Source of the DNA: Iphione sp. A-MEVVRFRX5
Lineage: Eukaryota
Length of the DNA: 64,000 bases
Assembly: GCA_976226885.1 (NCBI GenBank)
Contig: OZ320313.1
Span: forward strand, 107,322,001-107,386,000
Reading direction: 5' to 3'
Under the pieces are notes generated by a model. That model was not told the DNA's origin. It did not search any database and saw only the letters and a program-made list of their open reading frames with translations. Numbering within the stretch: position 1 is the first letter of the stretch; the number at the start of each line of letters is the position of its first letter. The position numbers and the translations under genes are program-made. Below are positions 21,326-34,249 of this stretch, in pieces.

Positions 21326-24300
21326 TGTGTTGCTCGCTTTCACAAATATGTCCGATATTAAGGAGAAGAAGCACCCTCAGATGGCTCCACTATCTGTAAC
21401 AGAGAAGCTTGCGGGTGGCCATGACCCCGAACGAACAGAAGTCACATGCAGGACTTAGTGCTGCTATTAAAATCAATACTAACTGGTACAAATAAACTCC
21501 AAGCTAACATAGTGACACAAATAATACCACGTTAACATGTACCAGTGCAATACAATGTGTCTACACAAGTACATAGGATGTTCAAAAGTCTCTGTGATTT
21601 TGGATGGTTGACACCCAGGTCACACACGTGGACGGGAGAGGGATCTACAATCAATCCCCTCTAATTACAAAGCAGTGAAAATGAACGGAATCTACTCTTT
21701 GGAGTAGTACTTATTTTCAGTAATGTGGGCCTATGTTGTATATCTCAGAGCTAGGAAGAGTAATAAATTACGAGACTGAAAGTATGGCTGCTGGACAAAA
21801 ATAACTTTTTAAAATATTCGATTAAAAGTCTTTTTTAATCTACAAAGTATACGATCCCTATCACGTTGTTAGGCATGAAGCGACTTGACCTATTTACCTA
21901 AATTACAACTATTAATGTGAAAACGTACATGTTTATTCCAATTAAACTTACATGTCCGTTGCCTTTTGCCGATACCCTTCCTGTTGCTGTTTGGCTATGC
22001 CAAATTTGGAAACATAAAGCAATTATTGTTATTGTTTAGGTCTTATTGTACTTATACTGGTTGACGTGTAGTTTCTGAATGTGATAAGGTTTTTAGTGTC
22101 GTGCTCTATACATCATCCTCGAACTTTGGATAGTATTATCCCAGGGGCGTATATCTTCTAACCGGCGCTGACGGAGGGCAACAATTATTAGATAAAGCTC
22201 CGCATAATTTATGTATGACTCGATGAATAGATAACAAATGCAGTTCAATTGTTCAAAGTATATCTTACATATAAGTATGGATGTTTCACAGTCTAAGAGC
22301 ATGCGTTTTATCATATTTTAGAGAAACACATCACATAGCAATGAAGCAATTAAAAAACACAAGGTTATTTATTTCTCTATCTTGTGCCTTTATGAAGATC
22401 AGTTGACGACACCTAAAACTACAAAGATCACAAGGCTTCAACTTGGAAATTAGTATATAAGTTTGCTATCGGGTAGGTGGCGTGGCCTCATGAATCATAT
22501 TAGTGCTGACACCTTGTGAGAGGCTGAAGATCTACATGACTGGGATGGACCTGACTGCAAAAGCCACTGCGACCACACACATCACAAACCAGGGTAAGGC
22601 ACAGCACTTGGACCACCAGGACTATCAGGGTTGAAATCATACAGATCTCCCCTGCTCCATACCACATGGACAAAGGACCAGCCATGAACCCCCACAGGAT
22701 GGAACCTCCACTGCATCAACAACTCCTGTCCAATATGACCAATCTTGCTCAATATACTCACTTCCAAACCTCAAAACCATCATCAAACACAAGAACATCA
22801 AAACACAGGAAACAAACCCAGTCCCACCCCCAGCAACACACTCCGAAGTGACAAGGGACCCCAGGTGAGCATTCCAGACAGAATACAGCACCCCTTGTCC
22901 AAGATCAAGATCAACACAGCCCCCTGATCTACTAATTATTCTCAGCACTGAAGGCTGAACCCTGAATTGGCCTGCCTGATCCATGAAGGCTAGTGGTCAT
23001 CAAACCACACCCCACCAAATATGGCTGCTAAATATCTTCCTTTTTCTCCGGTCTTTTGGTCAGATTCGGGAGCTTCCACGAATAACGACGTCCACATAGA
23101 AGCTACTTACTGCTCGTGTATTTTTACCTGTTTTGCCCATATGTTCATATCAAGGTATACTGATACAAATTAATACGAAGTCTTATAGTAAGTACAAGTA
23201 CTGGTAATTGTGGTTTAGTCTAGGAAAGATTTGAATATATACCAAGCAACACACCCATTCCTAAGGCTTTACATTATCATGGTTCACCAAAGGCAATATA
23301 TAGTAAGTCATTCAACGATAGTTCAGATTAGATATTAAATCCCAGAAAGTACAATTAACAAATTGTTGAAAATCAGAGATTTAATCCTAAAGATTTTTCA
23401 TGACTGTACAAGCTGAACTTTGAAGAATTTTAGTTTTTGAAGTGTCGAAAAACATAATTCATTCGACGGCTGGTGTGTTAAGCTCAAAATGGTGTTCTCC
23501 CAGCTGTGCATGGCGGACAGGGAAAAAAGACTGACAACAACAGAGGAGCGCGCACAGATGGGCAAAGCAACTCCAATAATACAAGTACGTGTACCTGCAT
23601 TGTTCTGATCCCTGGGATAATGGGGGGTCGATTTTTCCATACTCTGAATTACGGGGTAGTTCGTCATGAGATATACCTAGTGGGAATGGGGGACGAACTT
23701 CCCTCTAACCGTCCACCCACCTCCAACCGCCCCCAACCCCAAACCCCACGTGGTGACGAACACAACACATTCCTCTATAGACACCTTCTGCTGTACAGCT
23801 GACAGCAGATTCCTACTTGTTCTCAGCTCCTATTGCAATAGCATCGATCAGTTCTATTACTCTAACACAAGCATTTACTTAGCTTATTCGTGAAAAGTAG
23901 CAAAAATTAAGAGCCTGCTGCACAACTTTTGCACTTTCTGTCTGAAAACGTACGCCTTATAATTACGTCAGGATTAACGAAACTCGGCATATTCACATCT
24001 GGTCTCGAGCCTATAGAATTATTCCAAAATGATCACTTCCCTATCGCTACGTGTACATGTCTATATATATGCACATATGTGTAGGAAATATTAGACATGG
24101 GACCCCGGGTATGGGACGGAACCTCATCTCCAGCGAAATGCACCGCGGGGAAAACGTGACCGGTAGTGAAACGTGTGCCACACACTCATGCGAAACAGGT
24201 CAACCAGATGGCGCCTTATTTAAACGCCCTGGACGTGCAAACACGACACGTGATCGATATGGTGGCGGCCGGTGAACGCTATATGCGTACTGTCCAGATG

Positions 24301-25150
24301 ACATAACACGTTATTTGAGTTTTTGAAAGGAAGTGCGCAGCTGTCCCTGAGTTGAAGTGTGCGTGTACCGTGTATCGCAAGTTTTATGTCAACTTTTTAA
24401 ATTTCAGTTCGCATGAAGACATCATTCATCTGATCATAATGACGATCTCTCTTATCGATATACTATATAGGTCTGTATCTTGTTTGGCGCTGCCCTCTCG
24501 GGCGAAGCGCCTTATATAGTTGCCCTGCTCAGGACTAAATCGAGCAACAACAACTGTATCTAAAGGGGAATTGCCCAAACTCCTCCACAGAATAGTTCAG
24601 GTCCACGTAGATGTGCGTACATCTATATCGAAGGAAACGATAAAATGTTCATACTTAGGCTAATTAGAAATCTAATAAACGGGATACGTGCCAACAGAAT
24701 ACACTTCAGTTTGAACCAAATATTATCCTCCCAAATCAAAAGTCTCTTTTCAGGCCACATATACCGAGTATCCTTTCATATAGGTCTATTATTAAAGTGC
24801 TTTAAATTCACCTCCGCAGTTGGCAGCCAACATAGGTAAATGCCTCTGATCCAGTACGTACCACCTGACATAGGGATGCCGCCGAGTAGAATGGAATGGA
24901 TTTCGTGCGTTTACTAACACGCTGTCCAATTAGGACACTCCTCATTTATGGACCCGTTAGCGAACTACCAAGGTGTCACTAAAAAGGAGTTCCATTTAGG
25001 AGACGGACACGAGCGGCTACAAATTGTCGGCTCATACATGTATAGGTTATTCGTCAGATCTCGTCCCTCAGACGCAACAGGTTACACTTCACCTAGAGAC
25101 GTCCACAGAAACGGACAGACAGAGAAGCAGACCGAGAAGCAGACCGAGAA

Positions 25151-25154
<4 letters not shown>

Positions 25155-25205
<51 letters not shown>
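25155..25205. repeat. (GA)n microsatellite within a probable Helentron-associated repeat
   Basis: Pure GA run preceded by acggacagac and gagaagcagacc repeats. Confidence 0.9.
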
Positions 25206-25212
<7 letters not shown>

Positions 25213-26339
25213 AGAGAGAAGCAGACAAAAAGGCTGTCATACAGGAAGGGTCAGAGGATCTTCAGATAACGTTTCACCAAATGTTTAGCACATACGATAG
25301 CGAAAGGCGTTGGCGTTGAAATGTGAAATAATGTTTGGCGTGGAATTAAAGTGGTTTCTCGCACCCCCGTTGCCATAAACAACAAATGTAGACATATCGA
25401 CTGACTGCTTTGTTGTGTCCCACACGAGAACCCACAGAAGTTAAAGTAGGGAAAACTTAAATAGTGAGAGCGGGAGATGGGCGATGATAAAAGAGAAAAT
25501 AATTAGAGGTTGAGAGCGGGTGGTATGGGCCACTATACTGAACAGTCACCATTTAGAACAGTTAATACTCTCAACCCGACTATATATGGGTCGTAAGGGG
25601 TAATGTATACATTTATATATACAGATATATACACTCTATGCAGTAATAACACATACCACAGAGTGGGGTGCAAATGAAACTCTCTTTAGTAACACAAACG
25701 TTCAAACTTTTTCAGTTGAATGACGTGACAGTTGCAATGGAACATATACATAGTTACAGCGGTTAATCTGTGAGGTGACTATGATACAGACAATTGGATG
25801 CATTTATTTATATACATATACATCCTGTATATATTACATATTATATTTAAACCACCCCTATGTCCTCTCTCTCTATGTTCCTAGCATCCCCCCTCAGTAT
25901 ATCACACTATATATTATCCTCAGTGTCCAAACATTATATCGCTTTGTTTATTGTTATTTTGGTTTACCCTTTTAATGGCAAATTCCCTTAGGGGATTTCA
26001 AACCCACACAGGTCTGTTCTACTTGATCTATTCTTTTATACATTCAGCAACTGAGTCGGCACTACATAGGAATATATAGAGTGAGAGGACTTAAAGAAGA
26101 CACCAATAATATATTTTTAGTACTTTTATTTCGTTTTTTTTTGTATTTATGTAAACTCAGTACTGAATGAATTGTTTCCATATTTGACCACAATTTTCTT
26201 GATTTCGTTTGGTAAAATAATCGCTATGGTGGCCTCCTAATTCTTCGCATTTGTATTGGCAGTCTTTCCTCTGTTCTGCTTCATTCGATTGATTTTATTT
26301 TGTTGAGCATCATCATCAAATAACCCAAAGTCCATACCT

Positions 26340-27650
26340 AGATCAAGCATTGCTATTCCATCTCCTGGTTGTTGTTCTGCAGTCAATACCCTTTCGGGTG
26401 CTGCTGGTTACAGGATGTCACTCACTCGTTACTGTAATTGAATAGGTTCTCTCTCATAAATTCTTATGGCAGAGGTTCTATGACCACTCATTGTAGCTAT
26501 TGCCTGTACTGATGAACAGGCAATAGCTACCTGCATAAGAGGGTCTATGACCACTCCTTGTAGCTATTGCCTGCTCATCAGTACCGTTTTCATACAAACA
26601 TAAACAACACATGGCTTTACCAGCATGTCCAGTTATATGTCTTCCCTCTATATTTAAACTTACTTCCATACAAATTTTTGGGAGATACGTGTCCAACATG
26701 TGTATGCCTAAAGGCTGCAATAAAAATTATGTTTTCTCTTCTAAATCTGGCAAAGGCCTCCTGTAAAATCTACCCTTTATAGAAACCTCCTCAATATATT
26801 TTTAAAATAAGCTCCCAATGCACCTGGGGTTATTTGGGCTACTGTAATAACATACAATCCTTGGCAAAGAATTATATTTATTCACTTCCATGATGGCGTT
26901 AGCTGTATCGCCCATTATAGGTAAAATGTTCCCTCTCCTCACTATCTAATGACAATGAATACTATAATACATGTACTTCTAAGTTTGCATGTCATTTTTG
27001 GGTCTAAAACCAAATACTTTACAATTGTAGAAGTATTCACCATATGAAAGGCCTTGTGCAATTGTTGTATTTATAATTCCACTGTCCCACAGTTGTCTCT
27101 CATCTTCTTCTGTATAATCACATCTGGAACACATTTGGAATGAGTCCTCATACCTGTTGCATTCAGTTCCTTTTTACTTGCATCAAAAGTATCCCTAAAC
27201 ATCTTGAAGTAGTGAGCGTTCTTTTTTAATGACCACATAGTCCTTCTATCAAGGTCATCTCTTATATATTATTGTAAGCCAGCAGCTATATTGGTGAGGA
27301 ATCCTGAAAATATAAAATCTAAATGCACTTTTAATTACTTTAAAATAATATATTCCCCCCTTTAGTTTTACCATAATGTTTATCCGTCTTACCTGGTAAA
27401 TCTGGACCGCCATATTTCTTTGTGACTCAAGTAATAAGCTGGGTTAACAAATAGTCAATTATATGTATATACAAATCCTTGTGATCCAATAATGTTATAG
27501 ACCAGTTTAGATCTTGTTTTTATCCCTCTTGCCAATTCCTCCATTAACACCGATCATGATATATAGGGACAGAATAGCTTGAGGCCAACTTTGTGTATTT
27601 CGGAATCCATTTCTTGATATGATCCTCTATTTACTTGTCTGAGCCAATTT
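26340..27650 (-). pseudogene. Crypton-type / DUF3504 (ZMYM-QRICH1-KCTD1-like) tyrosine-recombinase relic
   Basis: Minus-strand fragments in order: IEDHIKKWIPK; IDYLLTQLIT*VTKKYG; LTNIAAGLQ*YIR; FRDTFDASKKELNATG; EEDERQLWDSGII...FYNCKVFGL; PLGIHML...ITGHAGKA...LYENGTDEQAIATRSGHR; RVSDIL. Many stops and frameshifts. Confidence 0.8.
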
Positions 27651-30600
27651 TAACTTTAGACTTGGCATTCATTGTCTCAGCTGTTTTTCCAAAATATAAA
27701 TCTTATCTTTTATGATTGTCATCAATTTTTATAAATTTCATTGATTATATATGTTTTTTTCTTATATTATCACTTACCAGACGCCGTAGTAGCAGGAATA
27801 ATTCTCCAACATACATGTACTCTTCCACTGGACTAATAATCGGAGATGTTTATAGGGGAACTCCAGCTGTTATAATGTCATCTCGTCTAAAGATTTGTTG
27901 CTCCTATTGTCTGCCATGGTGAGCTCGTACACTTGGAATGTATCATACATTATTCTCCTTAGCCTCTTATTCTGTACAAGCACCTTCAACACACCCATTC
28001 ATCTTGGTGCAGTGATACACCTATCATGTCATCATCACTTGGAAACCCCCCTTGAACGGAGAAAACAGTTCAATGTCATATTCTGTTTCTTCTTTAAGCA
28101 GCCACAATCAAAACAAAGTCTATATAACTTGTCTTCCTTTGCAATATTCTCACTGGATACATTAGCTACAGTAAAAATATAATGTTTCAACTCACATGCG
28201 TGTGAGACCTCATCCCCATGGCCATACTACTTTTAGATTTTATATAGGGAGTGCAACAAGCAGACTTGGTAGGACTCATCCATGTGCAGAACTAAGGCTT
28301 AAAAAATATTTGTGTTTTCTCATAAAATTATCTATAAATCTTGACTAAGTTGATGAATCACTCCCAATCCTTCTTGACTGGAACAGGGTGTGTTCAAAGC
28401 CACCTCGTCTATCAACTTGGTGGATTAAATCCTCTTGACAAGAGGGGGTGGCAGTGAAGGAGAGAGAAAGGGGGGAGGGAGGCAGGGAGAGAGTGACAGA
28501 GAGAAGCGGGGACGGGGAAAGAGGGAGAGAGGGGAGAAAGCGGGCAGATATAGCACCCAGGAGGGAGCGCCTCCTCCCCCTACACCCACTCAATCCTTAC
28601 TCTGCTGTGCCAAAACCGTGCCCTCTATGTGCCTTGTCCATACTGTCAATTGGTAGTTTATTTGGCTTCCAACATCACACCAATGTCACCCCTTGAAAAA
28701 AAGAACAAAACTAACATAAAGTTAAACAAGGGAAAACAAAGCCATTAGAACAGTTCGCCTCCCTGGCAAAAATGACATCTGCACGCCCGCGAGGATCCGC
28801 CAACGTCCCTGTACATATACGCAGCACTGACATACCATGAGAATGAACTTCCCAAGTTACACCCGCTAAACCCGATCATCATCTCTCGCTTGGACAGATG
28901 CTGCTGGCCGCGTTCCGTAACCAAGCAACAAGGTCATCAGTTGAGGCCCCCAACCGGTATTACAATAGCCGCGCCTGAGAACTTGGATTACAAATTGGAA
29001 AACGTTCGGAAATGTACCCTAGGACGTCCGAAAGACAAGAAGACTGTGATCACCATAGTCATGCCATTTGTGTAGTGTTTTTGATATTTAGAGACACTCG
29101 ATGGATAGCACAGTGGTTTATGGAACATTTCAGATTTAACAGACGTACTACCACTTGCTTTACACATAAGTGCTGTAATTATTGCTGGCCATCTTTCACT
29201 TTCTCTTCCCCTTGCCTTTCCCTCTGTTCTTGTGCATATAGTATATAAAGTCCTGTGTGAGTCCACAATATGGCTTTAACATGATAACACGAGATACCAC
29301 ATCCACATATATATGCATTGGGGGAAAGAGAACTGCTCGATCTTTCCTCTGCCATATTGATCTTACCATATCTGTTAAGAGGTCAATCGATATTCAGTAT
29401 GTAGACAAATACACATGTAGATTGTTGTGTACATTCTCATGGTGGCACCGCCTTAACAGGTGTCTGCTGCGTCTTCCGAACGCACCCATGGGAGGCTGGC
29501 TGTTGGGTGGGTCGACCCTATGTTACACACATTCACACGCACAGACAGAAAGGAAGAGTCACCGGGAGCGTGAGGAGGGAACAGCAGTGGTGGAGGGCCA
29601 GAGCCTGCCAATGTACCGGCCTACCATTGTCAGTTAGACACCATTACATATATGTACATGCCGACTTTCATCTGTTGAGGATTTATACCAGAGATCATTG
29701 CTGGCAGCCTGGTAGGCAATTGTCGGTGAATACCAGTTGGCACACGTTAACAGGTAAGCTTTCATCCAGGAGCAAGGCAGTCTACCAGACCTGCGGAAGT
29801 AACTCTCGGTTATTGTCTATGTTTTACACTGCCATTATTTAATGAAGATTGTTAGGCCATGTGCACCCCATGAAGAGTTACAAACTGAAGTCTTACTGGC
29901 ATCAAACAGGGAGGTAAAACAAACAATACGATTAGACCTGGTGAGCTAAAACACATATATCATATGTCTATAGAGATACATATATATAGGCCTATATGTT
30001 CTCTCAGATGCAAATCTCTTGTTCTCACTTTGTATTTACCTCTCTAAGCTTTCTTATGTCCGTCGATTTCTCCATTCCCGTACTAAGTCCTTTCCTCTGA
30101 AGCTTCCTGTTTTGTAATTTTCTATCGATCCGTGTTGGTCTCCGTGTCTCCTTTCTCTCCCTAACCTCTTACTTCCCTGCTCCTAGTTCCATCTGGGCTC
30201 CCTCCCTTCTTTCTATTTTTCACCTCTCTCCCCCGTATGGCGATCACAGGCTGCTAATGGGAAACAGATTCTCAGAGACGGTCCCCGATAAATGCCAGCC
30301 AGCACAGTCAGCACAGCTTGTCACTTCTTTGAGCTAGGTGAAGCGTAGCAGACATCAGTGAGGTTTCCCCAACTTTCACGTCCACCACCATTTCTGCTCC
30401 CAGAACACTCCTATGCATTGTTATAGGATCGGTTGGGCTGGCTCTACACAAAGGCAATTTGCTCTGATAGTTGTCAGTAGATGCACATTTTCAGGCTTTT
30501 TTTCGGGAAGTAAACAAGCAGATAAATAAAACCGTTGGTGCCATTTTAAGCTGCCAGGTTAGTGGTTTTGTTATTTTTCTCTCATATCCTTTGCAGTGCA

Positions 30601-33249
30601 ACATACTACTACATGTATACTGCTTCTATTGAGCCCATATCAAAACGGATAACCAAAACAGAAAGATGGAGAGATACAGGAACGTACTCCCATGTACACC
30701 ACTATTTTTTATTGTATCTGAAAGAAACATTCAGATACAAAAATCTAGGTATTATTAACAATTCGTAGCTAAGATTTGGATCAATTTAAGGGGTCTAACA
30801 TAATGGTGGTCGAAGAATAGGACATCGACGACGTGGTTTAAATTCCACTGAAAGGGGGAGCAAAATGTTCACGCTACCGTGAGCAGCAGTGGTCGAAGGA
30901 TCTCGACTTTGTGTCTGTGGTTTCCCCCACAGTCACCAGTTACAGCTATGAGTTGCCATACACCGCGGTATAAAACATTCCCTCCTGGTTTCCAAACACT
31001 CACGCCTTTTCTGCACGCATGTACACCCGCAACCCCTTTGTCCAAGGATCAAATCATTCCCGATACTCATAGAAAGCCGCTGTGGTTGTGGTCTGCAAGG
31101 AAATAAGAGGCAGGAACCGACTTGAATCCCGTTCCTGATTCCTCCGTCGGTTGATTCATTCTTCATGGCCCGTCACCTTTTCTACCTATTGGCCTCTCAT
31201 GTCTATAAAGGGGGACAACTATTCTGGTGAAGCGCCAAAAGCCATTTTTATTTAGTGCTAAAAGCTACTGGCTTTCATATTTCAGCGTCATACGTTATGC
31301 AAAAGTGTCTCACATGTTGGTAATCAGTTATTTGGGATATTTTGTTTTGGTGATTGATTATTCAACGTTAATTTTTTTGTGTGTGATTCAGGAATGTCTT
31401 TCCGTGTCTTCTCCCCCATGAAGTTGAAATCCTCTATGTCTTAACTTTCTTCCCCGGATCTCTCCTTGATCCCATGTCTCGGAACCTCGTTGGCCCTGTC
31501 TCCGGGCCTTTCTCTCTTTCTGTCTAATAGTGATCCCATCACAATACACATCCGGGACGGTTTACGTTGAGGACTCAATGATGAAACACGAGGGGACAGA
31601 GGGGAAGCACATACCAAACCACAGTAAGATATGTGGTCGGTGAGCAGCTAGTGAGGTTTGTGGTAATGTTGTACTCGATGTTGTGTAGCTATAAAAAGAA
31701 CCGTTGCTCTAAACGGACCTTAATCACCACATTAAATCATCTGCATGAAGATTGCATGGGATTAAAACGCATTGGTTGGCGTATTTTGTCCTTCTATGTG
31801 TGACCGTGCTCTTCTGCATGCTTTCTTTAACCCAACAAATCAAATCAATTATGTTATATTGTACTCATAAAGTATAGTACTAGGATAAGATGATTCATCG
31901 ACTGGTATAAGAAAAGGCTAAGATCGTATACTTTTGCATTCACCACCTTGCTGTTTTAAAACCACTTTTTCCGTTGTAATTATCGACGTTTTCTCACTGG
32001 AAGATCTCTTATGCCTGTGTACTGAAGAAGTGCGAGTAAACCTCTCAAAAAAGTATCTAGATGTGTCCATACTTCGAGCAGTCTATCTCTGCACCCGACT
32101 GTGGTGTTTTTCTCCCCTCTCTATCCGTGTCATTCTGTCTCTCCTGCTGTGTCGCTCTGCCTGTTTTCTCTCTGTGCATATGTCTTTGTGTCTTGCCATC
32201 TCCGCATATCTCTCTTTCTCGTCCACTCTTCTCTGGGAACAGACGTCCTCTTCGGCATTCGATGTGATATACCTCTGTTCTCTGCTAACAGGTATAGCAT
32301 CTATAATTGATGCAAGCAATACCATAATTACCTTGTATGCCAATCACCTTGTATCCATGATTGCATATGTTTACAACTCACAATTTTGCGGAAGTACTGC
32401 ACGAACATTTAAGGCAACTATGTTACCCCGTACACATACACATTCAAATACAAACATACGTCTAGTATAAATGTATACACAAGTAGTAGCTTGGCATGTG
32501 AGGCATGTATATATACATTCGTATATACATCACGTGCACGTTATTACATGATTTATAAAATACAGCCTTTTCCATTGCGTAGTCCGACATACACCAGGTG
32601 AATGTTACATATAAAGGCAAGAGATGCCACATAGATAGGCGAGGCCAATGAATTATTACAATAAACGGATGCACCTTCAATCAATGTTCCTTTGTGTGTA
32701 GTAGTAACTGCGATGAAATATTCAGGTTCTGCTGTTATCAGCTCATTTAATTGTTCCCTTTTTAACTGTCTGTCCGTCTGCCTGCAAGCCTGCCTGCCTA
32801 CCTGTAACTGAAATGTTCTTTTTCTGGACAAGATTTTAAAAACCCACTGTCCACCTACGGCACATGTGCACATGGACGCATACATAGCTGCAACACACAC
32901 ATATAATTATATATATACACGTGCACACGGTTTCACGTCGTGCCATATACAATGGCGGACCACGATCCTCATACTCACACGTGCCGAATAGAATGCATGC
33001 ATACACACCTACACATGCACAGTCACACGTAGTCACGCTAACCACCTACCACCCCGATCCACCACCACCCTGCACACACACAATCACCTCCACCCCCACC
33101 CACCCACACGACATCGAGTAATGCACACCCTGTCGGTGTGGTATTTACTGGTATTTCCCCGCCAGCTGTCACTGAGTCACGTGGGTGCAAGCCCATCGTC
33201 TCCTCCTCCTTCTCCTGGTCGCCTTACCTCTCTTTTCTTCTTCCTTCAG

Positions 33250-33488
33250 AACGCCCCCACCACCTGCACCGATCGGACCGAGCAGCATCACCGGGTCTAC
33301 TTCACTGACTCGATCTTAGTTGGTACTCAGTCTACCGACACGCCTTTAAGAACGGAGGCAGGAGGTAGTAGATTTCGTAGTTTCCTCGGCAGGCCTGCTT
33401 TAAAGTTAGGTCGCCGCTGGAGCGAAGAGACAGTGGACGGTAGCCCACGGGCCGGCTTGGATTTGAGAGTACAAAGATCAAGAAGAAG
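33250..33488 (+). CDS. Candidate internal exon of an unidentified gene
   Basis: Strong acceptor cttcttccttcag and donor gtgagt. Only one open frame (NAPTTCTDRTEQHHRVYFTDSILVG...), phase 0 to 2. Linkage to the 39670 exon needs an intervening exon that I did not find. Confidence 0.5.
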
Positions 33489-34249
33489 GTGAGTGCACAA
33501 TGAGTTCTAGAGGTACCACGCCCTGGCCGGAGAGTAGAGCGGCTTGTGTTTGGCGTTGGCGAAGGAGGTGACAGTTTGGCTGGGAAGGAGGGAATATATA
33601 AAAAGGTTTGGTGAGAAATGGGGAGTGATACTGAGGTTGAGGATATGAGGCGGGAGACAACGAAGGGAGATGGGGTCGGAGAGATAAAGAACAGGAGAAA
33701 ATGGAGGGGGGGGGGGCAAATGGACAGGAAGCAATGGGAAAGGCAGTTACAGAAAAAGTATGAGAAAGAATAATAAGATTCAATAAGAGGAGATGGTAGT
33801 GATGGTGATGGGGTTGGTGGGGAGATGGAATGATAGAGGCTAGAAAGAGACACGCACAGAGAAGTGGCGGGGAACATGATGACGGAGAGAGAAAGTCAGA
33901 GGCCAGGAAAGAGGAGATTTAAAAAAAAAAAAACGGCAGATACAAAAAGCAAAAAGATCGAATATAATGTACAGTCATAGACGACGGAAAGCGCAAACAC
34001 GAAACCTCATGAAGGTGATCACATATGTACACATTTATGATTAGGCAGGAAGTACAATGTAACAAAAGGAAACATTAAATCAGCTATCATTCAGAATGTG
34101 AAGACCAACTCGAATTTGTGATTTTTTTCATGTTCAGATTTCCACTCTGGCTTAAGTTACACGTGCATGTGCTTTCATAAATATGGCGACATGTTTTCAT
34201 GGTGGTTTGGGGGTATATAGGATACCAGTTGGGGTGTTTCAGTGCATGT

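Noticed and set aside
22500-22990. Cluster of short overlapping ORFs in C/A-rich sequence
   Set aside because: Isolated RTIR and LPNLK words hint at retroelements, but their order does not match any family I know.
26505-26584. CTGATGA motifs next to a long stem, as a possible hammerhead
   Set aside because: No GAAA follows the stem. The motif is coding sequence (TDEQ) duplicated by the local rearrangement.
28330-31660. Several GC-richer patches with splice-like sites (e.g. 29680-29754, 30860-30970)
   Set aside because: I could not chain them into a consistent reading frame or recognise any homology.
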